DNA of 64,000 nt, taken from the NCBI GenBank assembly GCA_964016885.1, contig OZ024745.1:23374001-23438000 (forward strand). Direction: 5' to 3'. Under the pieces are notes generated by a model. The model worked only from the letters and a program-made list of their open reading frames with translations, was not told where the DNA came from and ran no database searches. This document shows positions 17,799-31,545 of the stretch, piece after piece (positions within the stretch are counted from its first letter, which is position 1; each line of letters opens with the position of its first letter). This DNA is from Eledone cirrhosa (taxonomy: Eukaryota). The position numbers were made by a program, and so were the translations under genes.

Positions 17799-20700
17799 AG
17801 TTGTATATTGTTAGTTGGTAGGATCAGAGGCCATTGTAGTAGCGGTAGAAGGAGAGACAAAACAGTTAATCTCTGCTGCAAGTTGTAAGTTGTATATTGT
17901 TAGTTGGTAGGATCAGAGGCCATTGTAGTAGCGGTAGAAGGAGAGACAAAACAGTCAATCTCTACTGCAAGTTGTAAGTTGTATATTGTTAGTTGGTAGG
18001 ATCAGAGGCCATTGTAGTAGCGGTAGAAGGAGAGACAAAACAGTCAATCTCTACTGCAAGTTGTAAGTTGTATATTGTTAGTTGGTAGGATCAGAGGCCA
18101 TTGTAGTAGCGGTAGAAGGAGAGACAAAACAGTCAATCTCTACTGCAAGTTGTAAGTTGTATATTGTTAGTTGGTAGGATCAGAGGCCATTGTAGTAGCG
18201 GTAGAAGGAGAGACAAAACAGTCAATCTCTACTGCAAGTTGTAAGTTGTATATTGTTAGTTGGTAGGATCAGAGGCCATTGTAGTAGCGGTAGAAGGAGA
18301 GACAAAACAGTTAATCTCTGCTGCAAGTTGTAAGTTGTATATTGTTAGTTGGTAGGATCAGAGGCCATTGTAGTAGCGGTAGAAGGAGAGACAAAACAGT
18401 CAATCTCTACTGCAAGTTGTAAGTTGTATATTGTTAGTTGGTAGGATCAGAGGCCATTGTAGTAGCGGTAGAAGGAGAGACAAAACAGTCAATCTCTACT
18501 GCAAGTTGTAAGTTGTATATTGTTAGTTGGTAGGATCAGAGGCCATTGTAGTAGCGGTAGAAGGAGAGACAAAACAGTCAATCTCTACTGCAAGTTGTAA
18601 GTTGTATATTGTTAGTTGGTAGGATCAGAGGCCATTGTAGTAGCGGTAGAAGGAGAGACAAAACAGTTAATCTCTGCTGCAAGTTGTAAGTTGTATATTG
18701 TTAGTTGGTAGGATCAGAGGCCATTGTAGTAGCGGTAGAAGGAGAGACAAAACAGTCAATCTCTACTGCAAGTTGTAAGTTGTATATTGTTAGTTGGTAG
18801 GATCAGAGGCCATTGTAGTAGCGGTAGAAGGAGAGACAAAACAGTCAATCTCTACTGCAAGTTGTAAGTTGTATATTGTTAGTTGGTAGGATCAGAGGCC
18901 ATTGTAGTAGCGGTAGAAGGAGAGACAAAACAGTCAATCTCTACTGCAAGTTGTAAGTTGTATATTGTTAGTTGGTAGGATCAGAGGCCATTGTAGTAGC
19001 GGTAGAAGGAGAGACAAAACAGTCAATCTCTACTGCAAGTTGTAAGTTGTATATTGTTAGTTGGTAGGATCAGAGGCCATTGTAGTAGCGGTAGAAGGAG
19101 AGACAAAACAGTTAATCTCTGCTGCAAGTTGTAAGTTGTATATTGTTAGTTGGTAGGATCAGAGGCCATTGTAGTAGCGGTAGAAGGAGAGACAAAACAG
19201 TTAATCTCTGCTGCAAGTTGTAAGTTGTATATTGTTAGTTGGTAGGATCAGAGGCCATTGTAGTAGCGGTAGAAGGAGAGACAAAACAGTCAATCTCTAC
19301 TGCAAGTTGTAAGTTGTATATTGTTAGTTGGTAGGATCAGAGGCCATTGTAGTAGCGGTAGAAGGAGAGACAAAACAGTCAATCTCTACTGCAAGTTGTA
19401 AGTTGTATATTGTTAGTTGGTAGGATCAGAGGCCATTGTAGTAGCGGTAGAAGGAGAGACAAAACAGTTAATCTCTGCTGCAAGTTGTAAGTTGTATATT
19501 GTTAGTTGGTAGGATCAGAGGCCATTGTAGTAGCGGTAGAAGGAGAGACAAAACAGTTAATCTCTGCTGCAAGTTGTAAGTTGTATATTGTTAGTTGGTA
19601 GGATCAGAGGCCATTGTAGTAGCGGTAGAAGGAGAGACAAAACAGTCAATCTCTACTGCAAGTTGTAAGTTGTATATTGTTAGTTGGTAGGATCAGAGGC
19701 CATTGTAGTAGCGGTAGAAGGAGAGACAAAACAGTTAATCTCTGCTGCAAGTTGTAAGTTGTATATTGTTAGTTGGTAGGATCAGAGGCCATTGTAGTAG
19801 CGGTAGAAGGAGAGACAAAACAGTTAATCTCTGCTGCAAGTTGTAAGTTGTATATTGTTAGTTGGTAGGATCAGAGGCCATTGTAGTAGCGGTAGAAGGA
19901 GAGACAAAACAGTTAATCTCTGCTGCAAGTTGTAAGTTGTATATTGTTAGTTGGTAGGATCAGAGGCCATTGTAGTAGCGGTAGAAGGAGAGACAAAACA
20001 GTCAATCTCTACTGCAAGTTGTAAGTTGTATATTGTTAGTTGGTAGGATCAGAGGCCATTGTAGTAGCGGTAGAAGGAGAGACAAAACAGTTAATCTCTA
20101 CTGCAAGTTGTAAGTTGTATATTGTTAGTTGGTAGGATCAGAGGCCATTGTAGTAGTGGTAGAAGGAGAGACAAAACAGTTAATCTCTACTGCAAGTTGT
20201 AAGTTGTATATTGTTAGTTGGTAGGATCAGAGGCCATTGTAGTAGCGGTAGAAGGAGAGACAAAACAGTTAATCTCTGCTGCAAGTTGTAAGTTGTATAT
20301 TGTTAGTTGGTAGGATCAGAGGCCATTGTAGTAGCGGTAGAAGGAGAGACAAAACAGTCAATCTCTACTGCAAGTTGTAAGTTGTATATTGTTAGTTGGT
20401 AGGATCAGAGGCCATTGTAGTAGCGGTAGAAGGAGAGACAAAACAGTTAATCTCTACTGCAAGTTGTAAGTTGTATATTGTTAGTTGGTAGGATCAGAGG
20501 CCATTGTAGTAGTGGTAGAAGGAGAGACAAAACAGTTAATCTCTACTGCAAGTTGTAAGTTGTATATTGTTAGTTGGTAGGATCAGAGGCCATTGTAGTA
20601 GTGGTAGAAGGAGAGACAAAACAGTTAATCTCTACTGCAAGTTGTAAGTTGTATATTGTTAGTTGGTAGGATCAGAGGCCATTGTAGTAGCGGTAGAAGG

Positions 20701-23489
20701 AGAGACAAAACAGTTAATCTCTGCTGCAAGTTGTAAGTTGTATATTGTTAGTTGGTAGGATCAGAGGCCATTGTAGTAGCGGTAGAAGGAGAGACAAAAC
20801 AGTCAATCTCTACTGCAAGTTGTAAGTTGTATATTGTTAGTTGGTAGGATCAGAGGCCATTGTAGTAGCGGTAGAAGGAGAGACAAAACAGTTAATCTCT
20901 ACTGCAAGTTGTAAGTTGTATATTGTTAGTTGGTAGGATCAGAGGCCATTGTAGTAGTGGTAGAAGGAGAGACAAAACAGTTAATCTCTACTGCAAGTTG
21001 TAAGTTGTATATTGTTAGTTGGTAGGATCAGAGGCCATTGTAGTAGCGGTAGAAGGAGAGACAAAACAGTTAATCTCTGCTGCAAGTTGTAAGTTGTATA
21101 TTGTTAGTTGGTAGGATCAGAGGCCATTGTAGTAGCGGTAGAAGGAGAGACAAAACAGTCAATCTCTGTTGCAAGTTGTAAGTTGTATATTGTTAGTTGA
21201 TAGGATCAGAGGCCATTGTAGTAGCGGTAGAAGGAGAGACAAAACAGTCAATCTCTGTTGCAAGTTGTAAGTTGTATATTGTTAGTTGGTAGGATCAGAG
21301 GCCATTGTAGTAGTGGTAGAAGGAGAGACAAAACAGTCAATCTCTACTGCAAGTTGTAAGTTGTATATTGTTAGTTGGTAGGATCAGAGGCCATTGTAGT
21401 AGCGGTAGAAGGAGAGACAAAACAGTCAATCTCTACTGCAAGTTGTAAGTTGTATATTGTTAGTTGGTAGGATCAGAGGCCATTGTAGTAGCGGTAGAAG
21501 GAGAGACAAAACAGTTAATCTCTGCTGCAAGTTGTAAGTTGTATATTGTTAGTTGGTAGGATCAGAGGCCATTGTAGTAGCGGTAGAAGGAGAGACAAAA
21601 CAGTCAATCTCTACTGCAAGTTGTAAGTTGTATATTGTTAGTTGGTAGGATCAGAGGCCATTGTAGTAGCGGTAGAAGGAGAGACAAAACAGTCAATCTC
21701 TACTGCAAGTTGTAAGTTGTATATTGTTAGTTGGTAGGATCAGAGGCCATTGTAGTAGCGGTAGAAGGAGAGACAAAACAGTCAATCTCTACTGCAAGTT
21801 GTAAGTTGTATATTGTTAGTTGGTAGGATCAGAGGCCATTGTAGTAGCGGTAGAAGGAGAGACAAAACAGTCAATCTCTACTGCAAGTTGTAAGTTGTAT
21901 ATTGTTAGTTGGTAGGATCAGAGGCCATTGTAGTAGCGGTAGAAGGAGAGACAAAACAGTTAATCTCTGCTGCAAGTTGTAAGTTGTATATTGTTAGTTG
22001 GTAGGATCAGAGGCCATTGTAGTAGCGGTAGAAGGAGAGACAAAACAGTTAATCTCTGCTGCAAGTTGTAAGTTGTATATTGTTAGTTGGTAGGATCAGA
22101 GGCCATTGTAGTAGCGGTAGAAGGAGAGACAAAACAGTCAATCTCTACTGCAAGTTGTAAGTTGTATATTGTTAGTTGGTAGGATCAGAGGCCATTGTAG
22201 TAGCGGTAGAAGGAGAGACAAAACAGTTAATCTCTACTGCAAGTTGTAAGTTGTATATTGTTAGTTGGTAGGATCAGAGGCCATTGTAGTAGTGGTAGAA
22301 GGAGAGACAAAACAGTTAATCTCTACTGCAAGTTGTAAGTTGTATATTGTTAGTTGGTAGGATCAGAGGCCATTGTAGTAGCGGTAGAAGGAGAGACAAA
22401 ACAGTTAATCTCTGCTGCAAGTTGTAAGTTGTATATTGTTAGTTGGTAGGATCAGAGGCCATTGTAGTAGCGGTAGAAGGAGAGACAAAACAGTCAATCT
22501 CTACTGCAAGTTGTAAGTTGTATATTGTTAGTTGGTAGGATCAGAGGCCATTGTAGTAGCGGTAGAAGGAGAGACAAAACAGTTAATCTCTACTGCAAGT
22601 TGTAAGTTGTATATTGTTAGTTGGTAGGATCAGAGGCCATTGTAGTAGTGGTAGAAGGAGAGACAAAACAGTTAATCTCTACTGCAAGTTGTAAGTTGTA
22701 TATTGTTAGTTGGTAGGATCAGAGGCCATTGTAGTAGTGGTAGAAGGAGAGACAAAACAGTTAATCTCTACTGCAAGTTGTAAGTTGTATATTGTTAGTT
22801 GGTAGGATCAGAGGCCATTGTAGTAGCGGTAGAAGGAGAGACAAAACAGTTAATCTCTGCTGCAAGTTGTAAGTTGTATATTGTTAGTTGGTAGGATCAG
22901 AGGCCATTGTAGTAGCGGTAGAAGGAGAGACAAAACAGTCAATCTCTACTGCAAGTTGTAAGTTGTATATTGTTAGTTGGTAGGATCAGAGGCCATTGTA
23001 GTAGCGGTAGAAGGAGAGACAAAACAGTTAATCTCTACTGCAAGTTGTAAGTTGTATATTGTTAGTTGGTAGGATCAGAGGCCATTGTAGTAGTGGTAGA
23101 AGGAGAGACAAAACAGTTAATCTCTACTGCAAGTTGTAAGTTGTATATTGTTAGTTGGTAGGATCAGAGGCCATTGTAGTAGCGGTAGAAGGAGAGACAA
23201 AACAGTTAATCTCTGCTGCAAGTTGTAAGTTGTATATTGTTAGTTGGTAGGATCAGAGGCCATTGTAGTAGCGGTAGAAGGAGAGACAAAACAGTCAATC
23301 TCTGTTGCAAGTTGTAAGTTGTATATTGTTAGTTGGTAGGATCAGAGGCCATTGTAGTAGCGGTAGAAGGAGAGACAAAACAGTCAATCTCTGTTGCAAG
23401 TTGTAAGTTGTATATTGTTAGTTGGTAGGATCAGAGGCCATTGTAGTAGTGGTAGAAGGAGAGACAAAACAGTCAATCTCTGCTGCAAG
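17799..23489. repeat. 89-bp tandem satellite, ~64 units
   Basis: Unit AGTTGTATATTGTTAGTTGGTAGGATCAGAGGCCATTGTAGTAGCGGTAGAAGGAGAGACAAAACAGTYAATCTCTRCTGCAAGTTGTA; period 89 (17803, 17892, 17981...). Confidence 0.97.
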
Positions 23490-23607
23490 CCTCAACTGTT
23501 GTCAATGAATAAAGATGAACCTTGTTGTCAATGTCATCTAGCTATGATATTTGTGTATGTCCATAGCTGTAGTACTGTTCTAGATTACGAACAGTTAGTT
23601 TTTTTTA

Positions 23608-23763
23608 CGAATGTCAACTGAAAAAGTTCAAAGGCTGACCAAGATACTCTCATGACATGACCAAATGAGGTTTATTTTTCAACATAGTCCCTAGAAAGAA
23701 ACAATGCAGTTATTAATAAGATTTGAAATTAATGCTTGCCTATGAACTTTTCAGCCGACCCTT
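23608..23763. mobile_element. Tc1/mariner MITE remnant
   Basis: TA-CGAATGTCAACTGAAAAAGTTCAAAGG ... CCTATGAACTTTTCAGCCGACCCT inverted termini. Confidence 0.55.
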
Positions 23764-23804
23764 CTAATATGGGTCATATTTGAGCTTTGTGAAGTGTATG
23801 GGAT

Positions 23805-24380
23805 TGACAAAATTGGTAGAGAGTCGGATAAACTGCCATTATTTTGATCTGGTTGAGGGCGGTGGATTGGCAGTATCGGTAGAGGGTCGGATGCCATGCT
23901 TTCCAGCATAGTTACGTCCCTTTACGATCTGAGTTCAAATCCCGCCGAGGTTGACTTTGCCTTTCATCCTTACGGGGTCGATAAAATAAAGTACCAGTAA
24001 TGCACCGGTTAATTGCTGGCCTTGTGCCTAAAGTAGAAACAATTATTTTGATCTGGTTGGTGGATTGGCAGTATCGGTAGATGGTCGGACGCCATGCTTT
24101 GAAGCATAGAGTTACGGCCCTTCGCCATTCTGAGTTCAAATCCCGCCGAGGTTAACTTTGCCTTTCATCTTTACAGGGTCGATAAAATAAAGTACCAGTA
24201 ATGTAATGGTTAATTGCTGGCCTTGTGCCAAAAGTAGAAATAATTATTTTGATCTGGTTCTTTACATTCTGAGTTCAAATACAACTGAAGTCAGCTTCGG
24301 TTTTCATCCATCCGAGATTAATAAAAATACCATTCTCCTAAAATTTCTGGCCTTGTACCTATATTAAAAATCAATATTTG
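23805..24380 (+). mobile_element. Tandem cluster of tRNA-SINE copies (two complete, two partial)
   Basis: Copies at ~23857 and ~24058; junction ATTATTTTGATCTGGTT repeated three times. Confidence 0.8.
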
Positions 24381-24484
24381 AACTTTGTACAGCGTGGACA
24401 AGTGATCAGAACTGAACAAATATTGGGCTCTGAAAAGGAGGTTGAGCTTTGGGACGTGGTTGTTACCAATGTTATATAAGTGAG

Positions 24485-24650
24485 GACTGGTGAGGAATAG
24501 GCAGATTTGTTAGGATGTCGGATAGAATGCTTTGGGTTATTCGTTTCAGTTCTCTGAGTTCAAATTCAGCCGAGGTCAACTTTGCCTTTCATCCTTTCGA
24601 GGTCGATAAACAAAAGGCACCAGTTCAGTACTATGGTCGATTCTTCCTCT
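24485..24650 (+). mobile_element. tRNA-derived SINE
   Basis: GAGTTCAAATTCAGCCGAGGTCAACTTTGCCTTTCATCCTTTCGAGGTCGATAAA. Confidence 0.75.
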
Positions 24651-24854
24651 ATATCTCTTTCCCACTCCCTCTCTCGGTTTTTATTCTTCTCTGGAAGAAA
24701 TATCTATTGTCTTTAGATCTGGAGAGATGGGCTCCGCTAGCTTTAAAATGCCCAAGAAATGCCATATATGATGCTCCTACAATTCCAACAGGAGTTACGG
24801 GATTATCACATATCATATCAGTGAGAACCACCATGGGATATTTGAAAGTGTGTA

Positions 24855-25095
24855 GCGTATTTGTTAGGGTGCTGGGATCACGATCGTAAGGTTGCGAGCT
24901 CGATTCTCGGAACGGGTGGTGTGTTGTATTACTGAACATAACATTTTATTTCACGTTGCTTCAGTGACTACTCCATTGGCAAAGACGGGATGCACCTGTT
25001 ATTCAAGGAGTTAACCATCTCACACAATGCTGAATCTCCCTGAGAATGATGTTCAGGGTGCACGTGTCTGTAGGATGCTCAGCCACTGACAGAGG
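24855..25095 (+). mobile_element. Second SINE family (CORE-like), decayed
   Basis: GTTAGGGTGCTGGGATCACGATCGTAAGGTTGCGAGCTCGATT head; TTTCACGTTGCTTCAGT body shared with 29195-29470. Confidence 0.6.
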
Positions 25096-25734
25096 TCAAA
25101 CGACAACCCACATACGTACATACACCCACACACGCACACACGCTCACGCACACATACATTTATACACGCACATACACACACATAGATATATGCGTATGTG
25201 TGTGCGTGTGAAAGTGTGTGTACGTGTGTGTATATATGTGTGCAACGTCGGAAACGATGGAGGTCCAACACCAACAATTATGGGACATTTTTAGAGATTG
25301 TCCCAGCAAAGAGGGAACCTCTATATGTTTTTCACCTGTTAGAAACAACAAGCAAATCTTCCTCAAATCATACCGTACCATCCTAGGAAAGGGCAACATT
25401 AGATAATGTAATCATGGTTCCCTGCAGATACGAAAACGATGGGATGGTCACGGATGGAATGCATTTGATTATAGATCTGTTTGATCACGTCTGAACTAGG
25501 ATTGAATAAGAAAGGGTTATCAAGTCTAACATCTGTGAAGATTACAGTTAAGTTTTGTTGATTTGTAGGCAGAGAATGTGTGGCAAGACCACCATCGTCA
25601 CTTTTATTGCCACTACTTCTACCAACAGTTTTTGCAAGATATGTCAATATGAATGGACCTGTCATTTTTATCTGAAGACATTTTTTCCAATTCCAACCCG
25701 CCCGTTCCCTCAATCTATCTTATTTCTCATTCTT

Positions 25735-25770
25735 TCTTCTGATGAAGGACTAGCGTCCGAAACGTTAAGA
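25735..25770 (+). ncRNA. Minimal type I hammerhead ribozyme (Penelope-type)
   Basis: TCTT-CTGATGA-A-GGAC tagc GTCC-GAA-ACGT-T-AAGA: intact core, stems I and II paired, palindromic ACGT stem III. Confidence 0.75.
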
Positions 25771-25854
25771 CCCTCTTCCTGTTATATCAAACGTTAACCT
25801 AATATATCTCTTCCATATACTGTACTGATTGTGTTGTTATTTCTGTTTACCTTT

Positions 25855-25894
<40 letters not shown>

Positions 25895-25899
<5 letters not shown>

Positions 25900-26216
25900 C
25901 TCGGTATTCACTGGGGTTACGTTTCTAGAGCACCCGCGAAGAGTGAAAAAACGCGAATATTGGACGTGGTCCATAAAAATCCCTATAAACGTCAAAACAA
26001 CGTAAAACATAAGCCGCCAAATACGGTATATGGTTAATAATGATATAACGTTAAAAAGCGTGAAAAAATATATATTGCCACGAAAAAAGCCATTAAAAAA
26101 TCGCGGAAGATTTTCACAATTCCGCGAATATGCGGTGGTTTCTACAAACAATAATTAGGTAGCTTCTAAGGAAAAACCCGCGAATAACCGAGATAGTGAA
26201 TGCCGGGAATACACAG
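25895..26216. mobile_element. Pogo/Tigger-like MITE in (TA)n
   Basis: GTCCCTCGGTATTCACT ... AGTGAATGCCGGGAATACACAG-TA imperfect TIRs; internal CCGCGAA motifs. Confidence 0.55.
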
Positions 26217-26233
26217 TATATATATATATATAC

Positions 26234-26286
<53 letters not shown>

Positions 26287-26492
26287 TGTGCGTGTGTGTG
26301 TGTGTGTGTTTGTGTTTGTGTGTGTGTTTGTGTTTGTGTGTGTTTGTGTGTGTATGTTTGTGTGTGTGTGTGTGTGTGCGTGTGTGTGTGTGTGTGTGTT
26401 TGTGTGTGTGTTTGTGTGCGTGTGTGTGTTTGTGCGTGTGTGTGTTTGTGTGTGTGTGTGCGTGTGTGTGTGTGTGTGTGTTTGTGTGTGTA

Positions 26493-26535
<43 letters not shown>

Positions 26536-26559
26536 TTGTGTGTGTGCTTGTGTGCGTGT

Positions 26560-26628
<69 letters not shown>

Positions 26629-26689
26629 TGTGTGCATATATATATATAGTACTACTCTAAATTAACCAAAGTTTTCAGATTCTAACAAC

Positions 26690-27260
26690 CGCCATCCCCA
26701 CAACTACCACCACCACCACTACCACAACTACCACCACTACCACAACTACCACCACCACCACTACCACAACTACCACCACTACCACAACTACCACCACCAC
26801 CACTACCACAACTACCACCACCACCACTACCACAACCACCACCACCACCACTACCACAAATACCACCACCACCACTACCACAACTACCACTACCACAACA
26901 CCAACACCCAACAATATCAGCAGCAAGAACAACGCCAAAAACGACATGAACAACAACAATAACAACAACATAAACAACATCGACAGCCACAATAACAACA
27001 ACAACAACGACAGCCACAACAACAACAACAACAACAACAACAGCAACAGCAACGACAGCCACAACAACAACGACAACAACAACAACAACAACGACAGCCA
27101 CAGCAACAACAACAACGACGACAACAACAACAACAACGACAGCCATAACAACAACGACAGCCATAACAACAACGACAACAATAACAACAACAACAACAAC
27201 AACCACAACAACAACCACAACAACAACAACAACGACAGCCACAACAACAACAACAACAAG
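26690..27260. repeat. (CAC/CAA/GAC) trinucleotide microsatellite field
   Basis: Direct reading. Confidence 0.95.
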
Positions 27261-27789
27261 GTAGCGGTATCTAAAATTTCACGTAACATTCCAACTTGTC
27301 AAAGATGTTGACAGGAAGAACGTGAAAAAATGGCAATGGAAGAAGAAACGGACAGAAGAATGAATGGGGTGAGTTGTATTGACAGGTAGAGAGGGGGAGT
27401 GAGAGAGAGAGAGAGTGTGTGTGAGAGTGTGAGGAAGAGAGAGAGAGGGAGTGTGTCAGTAGAGTGTGTGGGAAAGGGAGAGAGAGAAAGAGAGAGGGAG
27501 AGAGATGTGAATAGAGAGTGAAGTGTGATTGTAAGAGACGTAAAGAAAAAAGAGGGAGAGATTTAGAGAAAGAGAAAGAAGGAACTAAATGTTGGCTCAA
27601 GGTGAAATATTTGTAGGAAGGGGGAGAGTGTAACGGTGTGGAGGGTTTAAACCGCAGTCAATTACTGGTACATGTTTGTTTGAACATTTCTCTCCCGCAC
27701 CAACAATGGAAAGAAAGTCGAGCAAAGTCGAATTTAAAGACAACTTTTCATCAAACCTACATGTAGTTCACAATTCTTTTCCTATATTC

Positions 27790-27915
27790 TTTCTTTTGAT
27801 GAAGGACTAGTGTCCGAAACGTTAAAACCCTCTTCCAGCAAAATCAAGCGTTAACCTAATATATCCCTTCCATATACTGTACCGATTGTGTTGTTATTTC
27901 TGTTTACCTTTTACA
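27790..27915 (+). mobile_element. pLTR-type fragment with mutated hammerhead (C3>T)
   Basis: TTGATGA AGGAC tagt GTCC GAAACGTT; downstream nearly identical to 25770-25856. Confidence 0.7.
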
Positions 27916-27955
27916 TACACACATACACACGCACACACACATATATATATATATA

Positions 27956-28045
<90 letters not shown>

Positions 28046-28081
28046 TATATATATATATATATGTGTGTGTGTGTCTGTGTG

Positions 28082-28232
28082 TGGTAATTCCGAAGGAATA
28101 GCAAAGGAAAAACAAGTATGTATAGAACAGAGGTATTTCTGATGACCGATCCAGACGCATATTAATATTGTCTGGGAGCCAGAAACCTTTGGTAATGGAG
28201 TAGTTAGATTATGTGTTGTTCACTTTCTAATT
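28082..28232. mobile_element. Short Penelope-derived element: inverted tail fused to a hammerhead-like arm
   Basis: CTGATGA 28139-28145 ... GAAACC-ttt-GGTA 28182-28194; homologous to 29515-29730. Confidence 0.6.
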
Positions 28233-28253
28233 ATATATATATATATATATATA

Positions 28254-28396
28254 TATTGTTATACTTGGGGAGCGTCATATTTGTGTAATAATATTGCCAG
28301 AATTAACAACAGAACACACTCACTGTTTGGTTGGTTTTCGCTTCTGTGTCTTTTATATCGGTTAATTTAATTTATTCGGTCCTCAATGTTGCCATT
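28254..28396 (-). mobile_element. Solo arm of the 30628-32075 Penelope-like family
   Basis: Near-identical to 30628-30770. Confidence 0.8.
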
Positions 28397-28407
28397 ATAT
28401 ATAAATA

Positions 28408-28987
<580 letters not shown>

Positions 28988-29028
28988 TTCAAATATTAAC
29001 AAAATAGATATTCTTGTGATCAATTAAA

Positions 29029-29091
29029 TTTTATTATACATATTTCAGAGGTACTGAGTTAAGTTCAACAGTACGTCCTCATCAGATAAAA
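29029..29091 (-). ncRNA. Type I hammerhead ribozyme
   Basis: Minus: TTTTAT-CTGATGA-GGACGTACTG loop CAGTACCTCT-GAA-ATATGTAT-A-ATAAAA. Confidence 0.65.
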
Positions 29092-29147
29092 TAAAATGAT
29101 ACATGATATACCCTGACATGATAGATGGTTAAGATTTAATCAAGGTA

Positions 29148-29194
<47 letters not shown>

Positions 29195-29195
<1 letters not shown>

Positions 29196-29472
29196 TAAAG
29201 ACCCCTTTCAGTCACGAATGACCATGGGATTTGCATCTAGCAAGTTCCCCTCCGTGGCACAAGCCCGAGCTAGGTTGTTTGTGGAAGACCAGTAGTCGTC
29301 CAAGGGAAAGACACCTTGACACTAGTGACGTCACAACTCATTTCTACAGCTGAGTGAACTGGAGCAACGTGAAAACAAAGTGTCTTACCGAAGAATACAG
29401 CGCAAAGCTCGGTCAGAGAATCAAACTCACAATCTCCCGATTGCAAGCCCAATGCTCTAAGCCATGCGCCTT
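29195..29472 (-). mobile_element. CORE-like tRNA SINE
   Basis: Minus head GGCGCATGGCTTAGAGCATTGGGC..GTGAGTTTGATTC; body TTTCACGTTGCTCCAGTTCACTCAGCTGTAGAAATGAG. Confidence 0.7.
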
Positions 29473-29513
<41 letters not shown>

Positions 29514-29514
29514 T

Positions 29515-29725
29515 TGTTAGGTAATTCCAAAGGAAAAAAGAGTGCTCTATGTATGGAACAGAGCTATTTAATTAGAAAGTGAACAACACAAAATATAACT
29601 ATTCCATTACCAAAGGTTTCTGGATAACATCGCTGTCTGACGAACGATCCAGACGTATATTATATCGTCTGTGATCCAGAAATCTTTGGTAATGGAGTTT
29701 GGTAATGTGTTGTTCACTTCCTCAT

Positions 29726-29730
<5 letters not shown>
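29515..29730. mobile_element. Fold-back Penelope-derived element with hammerhead-like motif
   Basis: ~29568-29625 inverted vs ~29674-29730; CTGACGA..CAGACG loop CGTCTG..GAAATCTTTGGTA; tail on the left. Confidence 0.65.
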
Positions 29731-29761
<31 letters not shown>

Positions 29762-29833
29762 ACGATGGAGGTGTGGTAAGGAACCAGATGGACCATAACG
29801 CACCAGAGTACTCAATACTTAGGGTAGCAGAGT

Positions 29834-29870
<37 letters not shown>

Positions 29871-30058
29871 GTTGCGCGCGTGTGTGTGTATGTGTGTGTT
29901 TGAGAGTGTTTCCCTAAGCAGTTCAACAAATAGAGATCGATAAAATAGATAGTGGGGTCTTTATCATCGACTAAACACCGTAGATGGCAGTGCTCCGGCA
30001 TGGCCGCAATTCAATAACTAAAATCAGTAACAATAAAAGAATAAGGCATAAGGGTGTG

Positions 30059-30111
<53 letters not shown>

Positions 30112-30315
30112 AAGTATGTGTGTGTGTATGTGTGTGTATGTATGTATGTGTGTGTATGTGTGTGTATGTGTGTGTATGTGTCTGTGTGTGTATGTATATA
30201 TGTATGTGTGCGTGTATGTGCCTGTGTCGGTGTCTGCGTGTGTATATATGTATGTGTGGGTATGTGTGTGTGTGTATGTGTGTATGTATGTGTATGCGTG
30301 TGTGTGTATGTGTAC

Positions 30316-30347
<32 letters not shown>

Positions 30348-30575
30348 TTATGTAAACAAAGTGGCTGTATAAATAACATGTTCATGCTATAGTTTAAGTT
30401 ACGTAGAAGTCTTTTCATACGGTGTCAGTAATATGTTCAAATCTACACGTCTCGCTATATTTACATGGCGGCCATGAGGTTTCGGATTACTTCCTACTTA
30501 TCAACCATAACCAGCACTACAGATTATTTTCCATGTACACACACACACACACACACACACAATCACACACACAAT

Positions 30576-30607
<32 letters not shown>

Positions 30608-30627
30608 CATACATATATATATATATA

Positions 30628-31494
30628 TATTGTTATACTTGGGGAAGGTCATATTTGTGTAATAATATTGCCAGTATTAATAACAGAACACACTCACTGT
30701 TGGTTGGTTTTCGCTTCTGTGTCTTTTATATCGGTTAATTTAATTTATTCGGTCCTCAATGTTACCATTGACTGACCAACGGTCAAAAATACAGATACAA
30801 TATAGACAAAACTATATATATAGTCGAATGGTCGGCGACTAAGTCGGCTCCCTCACCAGACACTGGTCTGGTGAAGAGGCTACGTGGAACCCAAGCAGCA
30901 AAAAGTACATGAGCAGTAAATAGGGTGGATGAGTCAACGACCATCCTACCCAGCTATAGGTTAAATAGTGTCACCAAACCGCAATTGGCCAAGCGTGGGG
31001 AGCACGGCCACACTCCTTACATGAACAAAACAGAAAGCAGTGAAATTCAACCTGGGAGTGGTTCCTGCAACAGGAGTAGGAAGTTCCTGATTTGGATATA
31101 TATATATATATGTGTGTGTGTAAGGTAAACACCCGGATAAACTGTAAAACTAGAAACGTAGTCTATAGCATAATATGTACAGAGGGTACTTGCAGAAACA
31201 TGACAACAACATACATAGGCGAGACAGCTCGTAGCAGAGGTGAAATGATAGACCAACACCGGGGGGAATTAAAAGGACGAAAAAACGGTTCAGTACTATA
31301 CGAACATGCCAGACAACAACACAACGGTAACATAGACAACATAGAAGTTAGAATAATATCTAAACATAGAAATGACCCAGCAGATAGGAAAATCAGAGAG
31401 GCCAGCGAAATAGAACTTAGAAGGCCAAGGCTAAACAGAAAAAAATGAATGGAATAACAACACCCAAACAAACAACACTGACCTAAGAGAAGTA

Positions 31495-31545
<51 letters not shown>

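Noticed and set aside
23857-23950. Possible tRNA genes (A and B boxes)
   Set aside because: These are SINE heads: no complete cloverleaf seen, and the SINE core follows directly.
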